Both the position numbers and the translations under genes were made by a program. Positions 31,912 through 42,677 of a stretch of 64,000 bases of DNA are shown one piece after another. The notes under the pieces are model-generated. The model was not told the origin of the DNA. It saw nothing but the letters and a program-made list of their open reading frames with translations, and made no database searches. Position 1 is the first letter of the stretch, and every line of letters begins with the position of its first letter. This stretch comes from an uncultured Methanosarcinales archaeon (GTDB taxonomy: Archaea > Nanobdellota > Nanobdellia > Woesearchaeales > ARS49): NCBI GenBank assembly GCA_964550175.1, contig CAZJXP010000001.1, forward strand, positions 322,774 to 386,773. Reading direction: 5' to 3'.

Positions 31912-32754
31912 CTATCGTCCGCTCTTCCTCGCGCCTAAAGCGGTTACTTTCGCCAATTTCCCGTTCTTATAGCCAAAGCATAATTCGCCGAACTCGCAGT
32001 TCCTGCACCACTTCGTGTCCTTGGTCTTGGGGTAGTCCATGATATCCTCGGACTCAGTGCCCTTGTGGATTAACGCGATTTCTCGTTTCGCCATCTCCAA
32101 AAGGTCGTGGTCGACGTTGATGAACTGCGCGTTGTCCTTCAAAAAGAATATGCCGACCTGCTTCGGCAGCACGCCGTGCGTCTCGTGGTACAAAAGGGAA
32201 TAAATCGCCAACTGCAACCGATACTCAGGCGTGATGATAGCCTCCTTTGAGGTCTTGTAGTCCATGATTCTGACGCCGTCAGCGGCGTGCTCGATCGCGT
32301 CGATGAATCCGCGCACGGAATGGATCTCGGAGCTGTACTGTTTCTCTCGGATGGGCGTCAATTCCTTGAACGCGGTCGCAAAATCATTCGGGTTCTGCTC
32401 AATGCGAACAACAAAGTGGTTCAGCCAGTTGAACAGCATCACTAAGGTTTCTTCGAGATAGAAATTTAATTCTCGCTCGCTCAAGTCAAGCTTGTCCAGC
32501 TCGGGCTTCGCGGCCGTCCAGTACTTGACCAGCAATTGCGGGATGGCTGACTGCAGCTTGTCCTTGCAGTTTTCCTTCGTTATTCCTGTGATGTCCTGAT
32601 TGTAGAAGTGCTCCAAGACCGAGTGCGCGATGTTGCCCCGCACCATGTGAATCGAGGGCAATAACTGAAATCCCTTGTTGTAGATGTAGAAATACTTCCG
32701 ATTGCACTGCCGGAACATATTGATGCTGGATGGACTCTGCACCCTTTTTGCCAT
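31912..32754 (-). CDS. PD-(D/E)XK RecB/Cas4-like nuclease
   Basis: SPSSI..FRQC, GFIDAI, DYKTS, QLAIY, CRNC.F..LC. Confidence 0.9.
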   Translation of the reverse strand: MAKRVQSPSSINMFRQCNRKYFYIYNKGFQLLPSIHMVRGNIAHSVLEHFYNQDITGITKENCKDKLQSAIPQLLVKYWTAAKPELDKLDLSERELNFYLEETLVMLFNWLNHFVVRIEQNPNDFATAFKELTPIREKQYSSEIHSVRGFIDAIEHAADGVRIMDYKTSKEAIITPEYRLQLAIYSLLYHETHGVLPKQVGIFFLKDNAQFINVDHDLLEMAKREIALIHKGTESEDIMDYPKTKDTKWCRNCEFGELCFGYKNGKLAKVTALGARKSGR

Positions 32755-32806
32755 AAACGGAAGACTTCGCGTGGCCTTTATATGGATTTAGGTTGCAAAT
32801 GTCCAG

Positions 32807-33136
32807 TCAAGAATGCTCATTTTCAACGAATGGCTCGAGTAGCTCGTGCGCGTTGCGCTCCAGATGCGCCTTCAATTCAGGCTGGTTATACGCATACGAA
32901 TCCGGAATGTTGAGCGTCACGATGCGCTTCTGCAAATACTGCTTCGGAAACCGTCTCGAAAGCTCAATGCGTTGCTCGTCGTCCATCACGACAACAATAT
33001 CTGCCCACTGCAGCTGCTCAAGATGCACCTGGTTGTTGTACAGCCCGGCTGACTTCGTCTCAAACCTATCTTTGAATAATTCTTCCGCCGTCTTGCTTCT
33101 GTGCTTGTTTTGGTTGCAGATGAAGAGGACGCGCAT
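32807..33136 (-). CDS. low-molecular-weight phosphotyrosine phosphatase-like protein
   Basis: VLFICNQNKHRS (CX5R), SAG, WADIVVVM, LNIPD. Confidence 0.88.
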   Translation of the reverse strand: MRVLFICNQNKHRSKTAEELFKDRFETKSAGLYNNQVHLEQLQWADIVVVMDDEQRIELSRRFPKQYLQKRIVTLNIPDSYAYNQPELKAHLERNAHELLEPFVENEHS

Positions 33137-33259
33137 ACCTGATAGATTGCTTTTCAATATAAATGGGTTCCGAAAAAATCCGGAAATCTTCCGGAATTTC
33201 CGTGGTTTTTCCGGTTTTTCTTGAGAAACACATTTTAAACGAAAAATGCTGTTTTGCGT

Positions 33260-33541
33260 ATGCACGAAACCACCCTCCTCAAGCTCGCATTGACCTGCAC
33301 GCTCCTAGGATTGCCGCTGATATTCATCACGTCAAGCTTCGTGCACGTGAAAGAAACCGTTGAGTATGAAACGATTGAGGGAACGATAGCCGAGGTTAAC
33401 GTCACGAATGAGACGACACTTGTTTTGACGAATACTCTGACTATTCCCGACGCTCTTGATGTAACAATCGGAGGACACGCGACCGCGAAAGGTAACTGGC
33501 AGAACAACACGTTCGTCGTGAAATCGTTGAAGGTCGACTGA
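33260..33541 (+). CDS. membrane-anchored OB-fold-like hypothetical protein
   Basis: N-terminal TM then beta-rich segment; coupled to next gene. Confidence 0.6.
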   Translation: MHETTLLKLALTCTLLGLPLIFITSSFVHVKETVEYETIEGTIAEVNVTNETTLVLTNTLTIPDALDVTIGGHATAKGNWQNNTFVVKSLKVD

Positions 33542-34707
33542 TGCTCGCAATCATCCTCGGAACGCTCGCGGGCGTTGTCACCGGACTTACTCCCGGGCTG
33601 CACATCAACCTCGCGACCGTCATCCTCCTGTCGTTACCGTTGCCGTACTCGCCGTTGACGTTAGCCACCTTTATTCTTTCTATGGCAATCACGCATACGT
33701 TCCTCGACGCGCTGCCAAGCATCTATTTGAGCGCGCCGAACGCCGACACGGCGCTGCTGCCGACAAAACTATTACTGGACGGTAAAGGGCACGAGGCCGT
33801 GCGATTAACGACGCAAGGGAGTTTGCTTTGCTTGATTCTTGGCATCGCGTTAACCCCTGTGTTGATCGTCGTGTTTCCAAAAGTCAACTTCGCGCTGCAC
33901 GGAATATTAGGGTGGATACTCTTGGGAATTGTGCTGTACTTGCTTCTGCGCGAACGCGATTTGAACAAACTTTTCTGGGGCATTGTGACGTTTGTTTTTG
34001 CAGGCATTCTCGGACTCATCGTGCTGAACACCAAGATGAATGAACCATTACTGCCGTTGTTGTCCGGCCTGTTCGGCGCGAGCGGGATGCTGATGAATCT
34101 ATTTTCAATAACTGAGGTGCCGAAGCAAGAAGTCACGGACCAACTGCATCCGAACGCGCAAGAAACTGTCGAAGCAACTGCCTTGGGCACGTTCGCGGGC
34201 GTCTTCATCGCGCTGTTTCCCGGATTAGGGCCGTCTCAAGCCGCGAGCTTGACCGGATTCAGAAGCCCGTTGGGAAGCTTAGTGCAGATGGGCGGCATCA
34301 ACACGGTGAACATGCTGACCAGCCTAGTCACAATGATGACCCTACATACTGCAAGAAACGGCGCGATGGTCGGGATGCTGTCGGTGCTAGGAATGCTCGA
34401 CGGGAAAACTCTCGCGTTCTTTCTTTCTGTTTCTTTAACGGTGGCCGGAATCGCGACTTTGCTGACCTTGTTCTTATCCCGATTCTTTGCGCAACTGGTC
34501 TCTTGCGTCAACGAGAAGGCTTTAACGCTGTTCGTGCTCGGGGTTATCGTTACGCTCGTGTCTCTTTTCTCCGGCTGGTTCGGACTGTTGATTTTGTTTG
34601 TCGCGGCTTCAATCGGGCTGATTCCGCAACTCACGAACACGGCGAAAAGCAACTCGATGGCGTGCATTTTGGTGCCGGTGATATTGTTTTTACTTGGCTG
34701 GCGCTGA
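33541..34707 (+). CDS. TctA-family (DUF112) membrane protein
   Basis: G.VTGLTPGLHIN, THTFLDALPSIYLSAP, FPGLG. Confidence 0.88.
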   Translation: MLAIILGTLAGVVTGLTPGLHINLATVILLSLPLPYSPLTLATFILSMAITHTFLDALPSIYLSAPNADTALLPTKLLLDGKGHEAVRLTTQGSLLCLILGIALTPVLIVVFPKVNFALHGILGWILLGIVLYLLLRERDLNKLFWGIVTFVFAGILGLIVLNTKMNEPLLPLLSGLFGASGMLMNLFSITEVPKQEVTDQLHPNAQETVEATALGTFAGVFIALFPGLGPSQAASLTGFRSPLGSLVQMGGINTVNMLTSLVTMMTLHTARNGAMVGMLSVLGMLDGKTLAFFLSVSLTVAGIATLLTLFLSRFFAQLVSCVNEKALTLFVLGVIVTLVSLFSGWFGLLILFVAASIGLIPQLTNTAKSNSMACILVPVILFLLGWR

Positions 34708-34717
34708 GTCTCGTGGC

Positions 34718-34789
34718 CTTTTTACCGCCCCGATTGGTTGAGTGTCGGCATTAATTATCAACGACCTCACGCAAACTCAAAATCTACGC
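34718..34789. repeat. Dispersed element, conserved subfamily copy
   Basis: inverted close copy of 10549-10620 and 59431-59502. Confidence 0.9.
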
Positions 34790-34831
34790 AGAAAAGCAAC
34801 GTGAAGGAAAAAGGCAACTAAAGAAAACTAT

Positions 34832-35257
34832 CTACTTCAACCAAGCCGGAAGGATCGGGGCGATGAACGGGTACAGGTACGGCGAGAAGCCGGACAATAC
34901 GCCAATCACGATGCTGTGCGTCCAAGTTTCACCCAGACCAGCCGAGGACATGGATGAGCTCTTCAAGGCAGCAGAAACGCCGTGCACCTTGATGGCCATG
35001 ATGATAGACACCGCGATTCGGATGCCCAACACACTCCCTAAAACAGGAACGTTCGCCAACGCGGGAAACAACCCCAGAACGAACGGAACATTGAACGAGA
35101 TGAACGTGCCAGCGATGGCAAAAATCAAGGCGTGAACGCCATGCCCCAAACGGTGCTGCGGAACGGCCACATCGCGGTGGACGAGAATCATTTCATAGAT
35201 GCCGATGATAGCTCCGAAAAGAATAGACGGAATGACGATAAGCGCGGTTGTTGCCAT
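34832..35257 (-). CDS. membrane protein
   Basis: four hydrophobic segments with His residues. Confidence 0.7.
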   Translation of the reverse strand: MATTALIVIPSILFGAIIGIYEMILVHRDVAVPQHRLGHGVHALIFAIAGTFISFNVPFVLGLFPALANVPVLGSVLGIRIAVSIIMAIKVHGVSAALKSSSMSSAGLGETWTHSIVIGVLSGFSPYLYPFIAPILPAWLK

Positions 35258-35368
35258 GTGACCTCTTTGCTGAAATAGATTAGCTCATCGGTGTATTTAA
35301 AGGTTACGGGGGCAAGAAAGCTTTATATATTGTCAGATGCGTAAGACTGTAGAAAAATAGGTGAATAC

Positions 35369-36544
35369 GTGAATATCAAAAAGATTCTCCCCTTGCTCGT
35401 TTTGTTCTCCTTATTCGCGTTGCCCGCGGCGGCGCAGACCTTCGGTCCGGTCGCAGACCTGTTTGGCAACATACAGGAGCTTATCGGTTCGGGCCTTGAC
35501 GGCATCTCCGCGAATCCAGCCATCTGGATGAAGATTATCTTTATCCTCTTGTTGTTCATTGTACTATACAATCTTGCGTTCAAGGCGTTCATGAAGGACG
35601 CGAACAAAGGAAGCAAAATATTCTTCTCAATGATTGTCGCTGTCGCGATGGTCGCCCCCATCCCGAACGCGCTCGCTGAAGGCATCTTCAATAGCTTGGG
35701 GCTCGTCGGCGGCGTAATCGTGCTTCTGCCTGTTCTGGGAATCATGATCATGACTCACAAGATGACCTCAGGAATATCACTTGGCAATAAATGGGGAAAT
35801 AGTAATGACCATCTCCCCGGACGAGGCATGTACTTCCTTGCATTCGGCATCTGGATGCTCACGCTCACGTTCTACATCAACGGCATCGCGCTTCAAGTCG
35901 ACAGTCCGCTCGTAAAATCGGTTTCAGCGTATCTCAGCTTGCTTGCCCTCGGCTACTTGTGCTATTACGGCTACAAGATGATTCTTCCGACATCTACAAG
36001 CGGAGACGAACTGCAAAAGACGCTTACGCCGGATGACTCGGTTAACAAGTTCATTCCGGGCACACAAGCGCACAAAAACGCTTCGAATGAGCGTCAAAAC
36101 GCAGAAATAATCGCGCTAAAAAAAGTCATTCCTACTGCAATAGCCCGATTGCCTCATATCCAACACGCAATACTTGAACTCACCGCGCAAGCCTACAACC
36201 GAACAAAGAAAGATAAGAAAGCAAACCTGCACAATGACGCAGTCATCCAAGAACGCAATTTTGTCGGAGTCCAAGCGACGGTAAAAGACTTCATCAAGTA
36301 CCTTGTCGAAATCAGGCAATTCCAGACGGGATTGAACTATCTTGACCCGCGCGCACTTGCGGGATTCAACAAAGATATTACTTTGGCGCAAAACATTCTG
36401 AAGGTAGAGTACAAAGCACTGATTGACCCTCAAGATGAGGCAAACTGGGCAAACATGTTGCATTTGCTTTTTGCCGAGAGAAACGGTCGAATCACGGTTG
36501 CACTTACTCTCTTCCAGGCAGCACTTGCAAAGATTACCCCTTAA
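35369..36544 (+). CDS. multi-pass membrane protein
   Basis: signal peptide, about 5 TM, helical C-terminus. Confidence 0.75.
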   Translation: MNIKKILPLLVLFSLFALPAAAQTFGPVADLFGNIQELIGSGLDGISANPAIWMKIIFILLLFIVLYNLAFKAFMKDANKGSKIFFSMIVAVAMVAPIPNALAEGIFNSLGLVGGVIVLLPVLGIMIMTHKMTSGISLGNKWGNSNDHLPGRGMYFLAFGIWMLTLTFYINGIALQVDSPLVKSVSAYLSLLALGYLCYYGYKMILPTSTSGDELQKTLTPDDSVNKFIPGTQAHKNASNERQNAEIIALKKVIPTAIARLPHIQHAILELTAQAYNRTKKDKKANLHNDAVIQERNFVGVQATVKDFIKYLVEIRQFQTGLNYLDPRALAGFNKDITLAQNILKVEYKALIDPQDEANWANMLHLLFAERNGRITVALTLFQAALAKITP

Positions 36545-38257
36545 TTAAGAACAGTTATCGAATATCTTCTGGTTTCGGGCAATGGCTCGCTTTTTAGCCG
36601 ATTCAGCCGAGAAATAGCTGAAGAACCCATTTCCGTTATTAGACACAGTAGCTTGTGCAACTGGAGCAACCGTCGCATTCCGCTTCTGGAACTCGACTTC
36701 GTTTCGCGCGTGGTCGTTCAAGACGGCTTCAAGTCCCTTGACTTTGGCTTCGAGCGACTTGACTTCCTTGGACTTGCCGATGCCAAAGAGGCTCTTGATG
36801 CCTGAGACTGCCTTCGAAATGTAGCTTGAGTTGATTTCAGCGTCCTTGGACTTGAGTTCAGCATTCATATTTTCGATGATGGCTGCCTGTTCGCCCGCCT
36901 TTGCGGCGCGTTCCATCCATTGCGCCTTCGCGAACTGGTAGTTGGATTCCTGAGACTTGCTGTGCGCGAATTCCATTTCGTGCGCCAAGCCAGAGGCATC
37001 AATCAAGTGTCGCAACACAATCGCCTGCTCGGCGAACGGCTTTGAATGGTCATACACAAACCCATAATCCTTGCCCATGACCGTCAAGCAATCAATGAAG
37101 TTCTGTCGCTCAGCATGTCGTCCGCGGATGAGGTTCTTCATGCGCTGATTCGTGTCAAGCATACGGAGGTTGCCGTTAAGCAAGTTGTCGCGCTGCTCTT
37201 TCAAATCGGCATTCGTGCCCTTGAGCTGCGCGTTGGCGTTCAACGATGAGTCAAACGCTGAGATGAGGAGTTGGATTGCGTCTTCAGGCGAGTGGACTAT
37301 GCTTTCCGCGCTTTGCGAGGCGCGAGGAAGACCCTGGTCGTAACGCGTGCCTTTGTCGTCCTTCCATAACAGACCTGAGCGGTCAAGCGCCGCGCGGGCG
37401 TCAGTAACCAATGCTTGAGCCTGGGCGTCATACTGCTGGAGCTTGCCTGTCGCAGCAGTTAATTCGGCCGTCTTCTGGCTGAGGTCGTCTTCTGCTTTGG
37501 CCTTGCCCATCGCAATTTCCATCGCCTTCGCTTCCTGGTCCGAGCTGTCCTTGAGCAAGTCCTGGCGATTGAACGCCAATCGGCTGAGCATCTTATCATA
37601 AGTGATGACTTCATCCTTATTGATGAGTCGCTGCTCTTCCATGTACTTGCGCAGCTTGTTGTAGCGTGCAGTGCCGTTGGTTTCAACCGTCTTAGGTTCA
37701 GCTTGATCGATTGCGGCGTAGCTTCGGAGCGCTTCAATCTTGTCCATAAGATTGTCGGATTCGCCTTGGAGGACGTCGACAGAATCACTCCATTTCTGGA
37801 GCGCGTTAATATGAGAACGGGTGACTTTCTTGTTTTCCTTGGTCAATTCGTCGATGGTGGATTTCGCTTCAATCTCATTGTCCACTATTTCACCCATCAA
37901 TTGGTGGCTGTAAGTAATGAGATTGCTGCAAGCGTCGTCAAGCTCAAGCAATTGGCCAGTCATCTCGAGACCAGTAACAACCGCAATATCATAATCTATG
38001 ATAGGAACATACGCCTTCTTTGATTGAGAACGAACATACTTTCCGGAAAGAGAAATGCCGGCGTCGTACGCGACGTTGAGATCTTCACCCGCAACTTCAA
38101 GTTCAGCTCGAACGCCACGGAGTTCTTTTCGAACGACTTTGAGCGTTTCCCGAGTGCCGTCGTACTTCTTCTCGACGTTGTCCAAGGCGCCCTTCAAGAG
38201 CTCATGCGCGGCGACAATCTTGTGGTCCGCCTTTCGAATGTAATCATTCTTTTTCAT
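36545..38257 (-). CDS. long coiled-coil hypothetical protein
   Basis: 570 aa, heptad-rich, no motif recognised. Confidence 0.75.
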   Translation of the reverse strand: MKKNDYIRKADHKIVAAHELLKGALDNVEKKYDGTRETLKVVRKELRGVRAELEVAGEDLNVAYDAGISLSGKYVRSQSKKAYVPIIDYDIAVVTGLEMTGQLLELDDACSNLITYSHQLMGEIVDNEIEAKSTIDELTKENKKVTRSHINALQKWSDSVDVLQGESDNLMDKIEALRSYAAIDQAEPKTVETNGTARYNKLRKYMEEQRLINKDEVITYDKMLSRLAFNRQDLLKDSSDQEAKAMEIAMGKAKAEDDLSQKTAELTAATGKLQQYDAQAQALVTDARAALDRSGLLWKDDKGTRYDQGLPRASQSAESIVHSPEDAIQLLISAFDSSLNANAQLKGTNADLKEQRDNLLNGNLRMLDTNQRMKNLIRGRHAERQNFIDCLTVMGKDYGFVYDHSKPFAEQAIVLRHLIDASGLAHEMEFAHSKSQESNYQFAKAQWMERAAKAGEQAAIIENMNAELKSKDAEINSSYISKAVSGIKSLFGIGKSKEVKSLEAKVKGLEAVLNDHARNEVEFQKRNATVAPVAQATVSNNGNGFFSYFSAESAKKRAIARNQKIFDNCS

Positions 38258-38388
38258 CTTAGGTTTAGTTTGTTCAGGGTCCTATATAAGCCTTTCTGTT
38301 ATGATGTTACTTCGTAGTGACTACAATACAACCAAATCGCAAGGTATATAAGCAAAGGGGCGTATGCAAAGTAAGCAAAAAAGAGACC

Positions 38389-39090
38389 ATGGAACTATCC
38401 CAGAAGCCCAAGAATGTAACAGTCATAGCAGGTTTTCCCGGCTTCGGACTTGTCGGCACTGTGGCAACTGGTTTTCTCGTCGACCATCTGGACGCCGAAC
38501 GCATCGGAAACCACTGGTTCGAGGAGCTGCCCGCGACTATCGCGCTGCACGACGGCAAAATCGTCGATCCCGTCGGCATCTACTACTCCAAGAAATACAA
38601 TCTCGTCATCGTCCACAGCATCGCGAATGCTACTGGCGTCGAATGGCTAGCTTCTGATTTAGTATTGCAAGTGTGCAAGGAACTTAGCGCGAAGGAACTG
38701 ATAGCGATCGAAGGCGTCGGCAGCCAACGCATGGAGCTGCAGCGCGCGTTTTACTTCTCTACCGACGGTAAAAATGAGAAAGCGTTAGCGAAAATCGGCG
38801 TCGAGCCCTTGAAGGAAGGCATCATCGTCGGCGTCACGAGCTCACTTTTGCTCAAAGCGAAACTACCAATCACTTGTTTGTTCTCTGAAACTCATACGAA
38901 TCTGCCGGACTCCAAGTCAGCCGCGAAAGTGGTTGAAGTCTTGGACAAGTATCTTGGCTTAAACGTTGACTATCTGCCACTCCTGCAGCAGGCAGCCGAG
39001 TTCGAAGCAAAGGTCAAGACCATCCTTCAAAGCCAGGCCAAGACCCAAACGGACTCCGAAACCAAGAAGAATTTGAACTACATCACGTAA
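38389..39090 (+). CDS. PAC2-family proteasome assembly chaperone
   Basis: GFPGFGLVG.VA..FL..HL, G.IVGV...LL, PD.KSAA, C-terminal YI. Confidence 0.9.
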   Translation: MELSQKPKNVTVIAGFPGFGLVGTVATGFLVDHLDAERIGNHWFEELPATIALHDGKIVDPVGIYYSKKYNLVIVHSIANATGVEWLASDLVLQVCKELSAKELIAIEGVGSQRMELQRAFYFSTDGKNEKALAKIGVEPLKEGIIVGVTSSLLLKAKLPITCLFSETHTNLPDSKSAAKVVEVLDKYLGLNVDYLPLLQQAAEFEAKVKTILQSQAKTQTDSETKKNLNYIT

Positions 39091-39270
39091 TTCTGGCATT
39101 ATGCTCACTTTTAGCCTTGTTTGATACTTGATGATGGTTTGTTCTGAGGGTTAATTCTCCCTTTTTTCGACCTTTGAGCTAGTGCCTAATGGGAATAGTT
39201 GAGTTTGAGACTGGTTGGCTACCTGATAGCTCACAATTCTAGCTCACCCAAGCAAGTCTGCCCAAGCCAA

Positions 39271-39348
39271 CTCTTTACCGCCACGATTGGACGCGTTCGG
39301 GCATCGACCGTTTTTGTGATCCAGCCAACTGCTCAAAATCTGCCGGGG
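39271..39348. repeat. Dispersed element copy
   Basis: CTTTACCGCCACGATTGG ... CAAAATCTGCCGGGG. Confidence 0.8.
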
Positions 39349-40510
39349 ACGACGGCAAAAATGACGAACAGGCGACTGCGACCTCCCCAAACTGCCCTTC
39401 GGCACCCAAAAACTCACTCACAAACTCCCCCTCGAATGCGCCGTTACCTTGCAAAATCAAACGAACTCTCACTTTTTGCCTTCAAATGATTTATTTTAAA
39501 TATGCAAGGTAATTACTCGAGCATGCCTTGAATAACTAGAATATCGAGGTTCAACAAGATAAATAACAATAGTTATTTTCTGTCCATTAGTTTAGACTTA
39601 CTCATTATCAGATAGTTATTTTAAAAACTATTTCTTATGCAACAATAATTCTTTTAAATGAATTTGTCACTAAAAATTAGGTAGCAAAGTCAATCAATTT
39701 TGTTCTTCAATTGCGAATTTTGAAATGCAATTGAGTGAATTGTCGATTTTCTCGCCTGATTGAGCGCGGATCAAAAATGACCTCAATTGCACCAAAACAA
39801 GGGTTCAATTAATGACTTTTTTCCTGACGCTAGCGCGCGAAAACAGTCCAAAAATAGACCGCACAACGCGCCTAAAACCTCTTGCGCGCGAGTTTTCAAC
39901 CGGCCGCGATAAACCCTCAAACAAACAAAAATCTCGCGTGAAATCGCCCCTGTTTTCGCCATAAAAACCGCAAAACTATCGTCGTAACCATTGAAACCAA
40001 CCCCATTTTCAAACCTGTCAGCGATAATCCCGAATTTTCTTCATTTGTGCGAATAAATGGATCTTTTCGTGTGGCAGCAGGCTTCGGCGCGACGACCCCC
40101 GTGACCTCGTCTGCAGGGATTAAGGAGGAAAGTCCGGCAGAATGGCGACTGGGACGGGATTTGGCACGACCGGACGGGTTTCGCGCGAACACGACAGTTT
40201 AGGGGTTTGTCAAAAGTGTCGGCAAAATCCCGACGACACGAATTGAGCCCCTCAATGCCACCAAAACCAATCATCCAGCCTAGTGTGGCCCTGGTGTTTG
40301 TACCTTTTACGCAAAAAAGTGGCTAGAATCGGCTGTAAACGCGTCGCGTGAAGGACTTGGATTGATGGTTACCCCCCATTTGCGCACCTGCGCAATAACT
40401 TCTGCATTTTGATTAAAACTTTTAATTCGGATGTAACCCCCGAAACCTGTCAGGGATTGTTCCGAAAGGTTTAAATCACACCGCATGCATCCAAAATCAG
40501 CAAAAAACAG

Positions 40511-41023
40511 GTGACCATCGTGAAAATCCAGCTTGAACACGCCGAATCTCTCCCTGACGCAAGTGTCGAAGAGCTCGCAAAAACGCTTCTTGCTCGATTC
40601 GGACTGCTGCCACGCAAGAAAGACGGCTCGGCCGCAATGCACAAACTGCTACTCGAACTCTACGAACGCAAGAAGGTCGCGAACCGGGACCGGAAACCCG
40701 AATCTGCCGTGATTCCCGTCGAGCTCATGGGACACCTGGCCGGCATCAAGCGCCAAACGATGTACGAGTATCTGCACCGCTGGCTTGACCTTTCCATTCT
40801 CAAAAAGACTTCCTTCGTCGCGGACGGCAAAGTCGTGATTGGGTATGAGCTGAACGGCGCGAATCTTGAAGGAGCTTTTAGGAAAGCAGAAACCTCAATC
40901 CGCAACCACCTCGAAACGAGCCTAAAACTCGTCGACACGCTGCAGAACGAAGTCAAGAAGGACAAGCTCAGGCAAGGGTTCAAGGAAACTGCTGAGACGC
41001 CCGCAATCCCCCCATCTCCGTAA
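40511..41023 (+). CDS. winged-helix-like hypothetical protein
   Basis: AGIKRQTMYEYL.RW..L.IL.K....GYEL HTH-wing pattern. Confidence 0.7.
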   Translation: MTIVKIQLEHAESLPDASVEELAKTLLARFGLLPRKKDGSAAMHKLLLELYERKKVANRDRKPESAVIPVELMGHLAGIKRQTMYEYLHRWLDLSILKKTSFVADGKVVIGYELNGANLEGAFRKAETSIRNHLETSLKLVDTLQNEVKKDKLRQGFKETAETPAIPPSP

Positions 41024-41024
41024 A

Positions 41025-41138
41025 CCTTTTTACCGGCACGTTTGGTTCCGTTTCGGCCTCAATTCTAATGACGATAAAGCCAACGCGACAAAATCTGCCG
41101 GGGAACGGAGAAACCAGGGAAGAAATGGCGGTAAAAAG
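41025..41138. repeat. Dispersed element copy plus extra terminus
   Basis: CTTTTTACCGGCACGTTTGG ... CAAAATCTGCCGGGG ... GGCGGTAAAAAG. Confidence 0.85.
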
Positions 41139-41153
41139 CCAACGAAAATTCAG

Positions 41154-41705
41154 TTAAGCACTATGCTGATCCCAGTAGGTAAGCTTGGTGTCCAGTTTGA
41201 CGATATTTTGCTTCGCCTGAGCTTGGCGGAACTGCTTGTCCAGGCCCAAAAACGCGTTGCCGCTGGAGTACTTTTTCTCGACCGGAACTCCCTTCGAAAT
41301 CAATGCCGTGATGGAGCGTGAAACGATCTCAACGGACGTCGTCAATTTGCGCGCCAATTGGTGGTACGTGACGAACGGCGTCGTCTCGGTGAGCGTGTAG
41401 AGCGCGAAGAAGGCTTCTTTTTCCGGGCCGGTCAGCGGCTGGACCTTGAATTCCGGCATCACTTCCGCAGGCTTTCCGTGGCGGACGAGCATCGTCAGCT
41501 CATCCAGCCGTTCCTGCAGCTTGTCGAGCCGCGAATTCAGCTGGTTCAGGAGCTCGAAATTCGACTCGATTTCGCTCGTGTTTTCATTCAGCGCGGAACG
41601 GTGGTCGTCAAGCTGGTCCTGGATGCTCAAAAACGTCTTGTCAAGATCTTGTCGAAGGTCATCGTGCTCGCGACGGAACAATGTTTGCTGTCCCTCATTT
41701 TCCAC
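41154..41705 (-). CDS. coiled-coil plus C-terminal winged-helix protein
   Basis: N-terminal heptads; TYHQLARKL..S..IV...I..LISKGVPVEK. Confidence 0.75.
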   Translation of the reverse strand: MENEGQQTLFRREHDDLRQDLDKTFLSIQDQLDDHRSALNENTSEIESNFELLNQLNSRLDKLQERLDELTMLVRHGKPAEVMPEFKVQPLTGPEKEAFFALYTLTETTPFVTYHQLARKLTTSVEIVSRSITALISKGVPVEKKYSSGNAFLGLDKQFRQAQAKQNIVKLDTKLTYWDQHSA

Positions 41706-41776
41706 TGATTACCACCCAACGATTTTGTGATTTTGAGTCGCTCTTAAGCTGATTTCGATACTGCAACAGCGAGGTT

Positions 41777-42490
41777 TCAGCGCTCATGTCGCACCTTTTT
41801 CGCACGGGCGCCGCCCCACAAATACCGCTTTTCCTTGCCCTCATCAACGACCGTGATGTCCTGGGTTCCTTCGATTTCCTCAAGCAACCGGTAGAAGCTG
41901 CTCTTCGAGCACAGGCCCTGCTCGTGCACGATGCTTTCGCGCAACGCGACGCCGGAAACCTGACCATGCATTCGAATGAGATTGAAGATGCTTTCCTTGA
42001 TCAAATCTTTGCTATTTCTGACTGCCATTTTGATGACTTTTTCTTGCAGCGCGGAGCCCATTTCCGGCGGCGTCCTGAGACTGCTGGGAATGACAGTTTG
42101 TCGACGGACATTCCCAAGTTCTGAGACCTGGGAATGAAGCTGTTTGAGCTGCGCGAACACGTCAATTTGCTGCGTTTCGATCGCGGACATTTGCGGCGCG
42201 ATCCTGCCGAGCGCATCAATGCGATGCTCGATCTCGCGCACGCGCTCAAGCACCGGTTCGACCGAATAATGCGCATCAACCAAGGCCTTCACGTCCTCTT
42301 TCGTGAGCCGCGGAAGCGAAGAAATCACGTGCGATTGGTCGTCCAACTCGCGCTGCAGGCGCTGGTTCTCCGCCGCAAGGTAATTCACCCATTGCGACAG
42401 CAGGCCCATGTCCTCTTTTGCCGACGAGAAGGACGTCCTTACGTTCTCCTCGACCTGGCGGATCTCCTCTTTTGTGGCCAAGCCAAACAT
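41777..42490 (-). CDS. coiled-coil plus C-terminal winged-helix protein
   Basis: start MFGLATKEE; LRESIVHEQGLCSKSSFYRLLEEIE. Confidence 0.75.
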   Translation of the reverse strand: MFGLATKEEIRQVEENVRTSFSSAKEDMGLLSQWVNYLAAENQRLQRELDDQSHVISSLPRLTKEDVKALVDAHYSVEPVLERVREIEHRIDALGRIAPQMSAIETQQIDVFAQLKQLHSQVSELGNVRRQTVIPSSLRTPPEMGSALQEKVIKMAVRNSKDLIKESIFNLIRMHGQVSGVALRESIVHEQGLCSKSSFYRLLEEIEGTQDITVVDEGKEKRYLWGGARAKKVRHER

Positions 42491-42527
42491 GCGGTTGGCA
42501 ATCGCCAACCCATTTAAAAACCTTTTC

Positions 42528-42677
42528 ATTCCCTGGGATGGTCCCAGGACATTCCCAGGACCGTCCCAGGACTATGCTGGGAATGAGCACAAGCTAAAAC
42601 GAGTGTAAAATACATTTAAACGTGATTCTCATTCCCAATTGGGACGGTCTCAGGACCATCCCAGGACTATCCTGGGA
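42528..42677. repeat. two clusters of 11-bp-phased TCCCAGGA/TCCTGGGA repeats
   Basis: units ending GGA at 42538, 42549, 42560, 42571, 42582 and 42644, 42655, 42666, 42677. Confidence 0.9.

Noticed and set aside
36545..38257. SMC partner of ScpA
   Set aside because: Coiled coil without Walker A/B or hinge motifs
42528..42677. CRISPR array
   Set aside because: Units are 11 bp and contiguous with no unique spacers; no repeat-spacer array seen anywhere in the window
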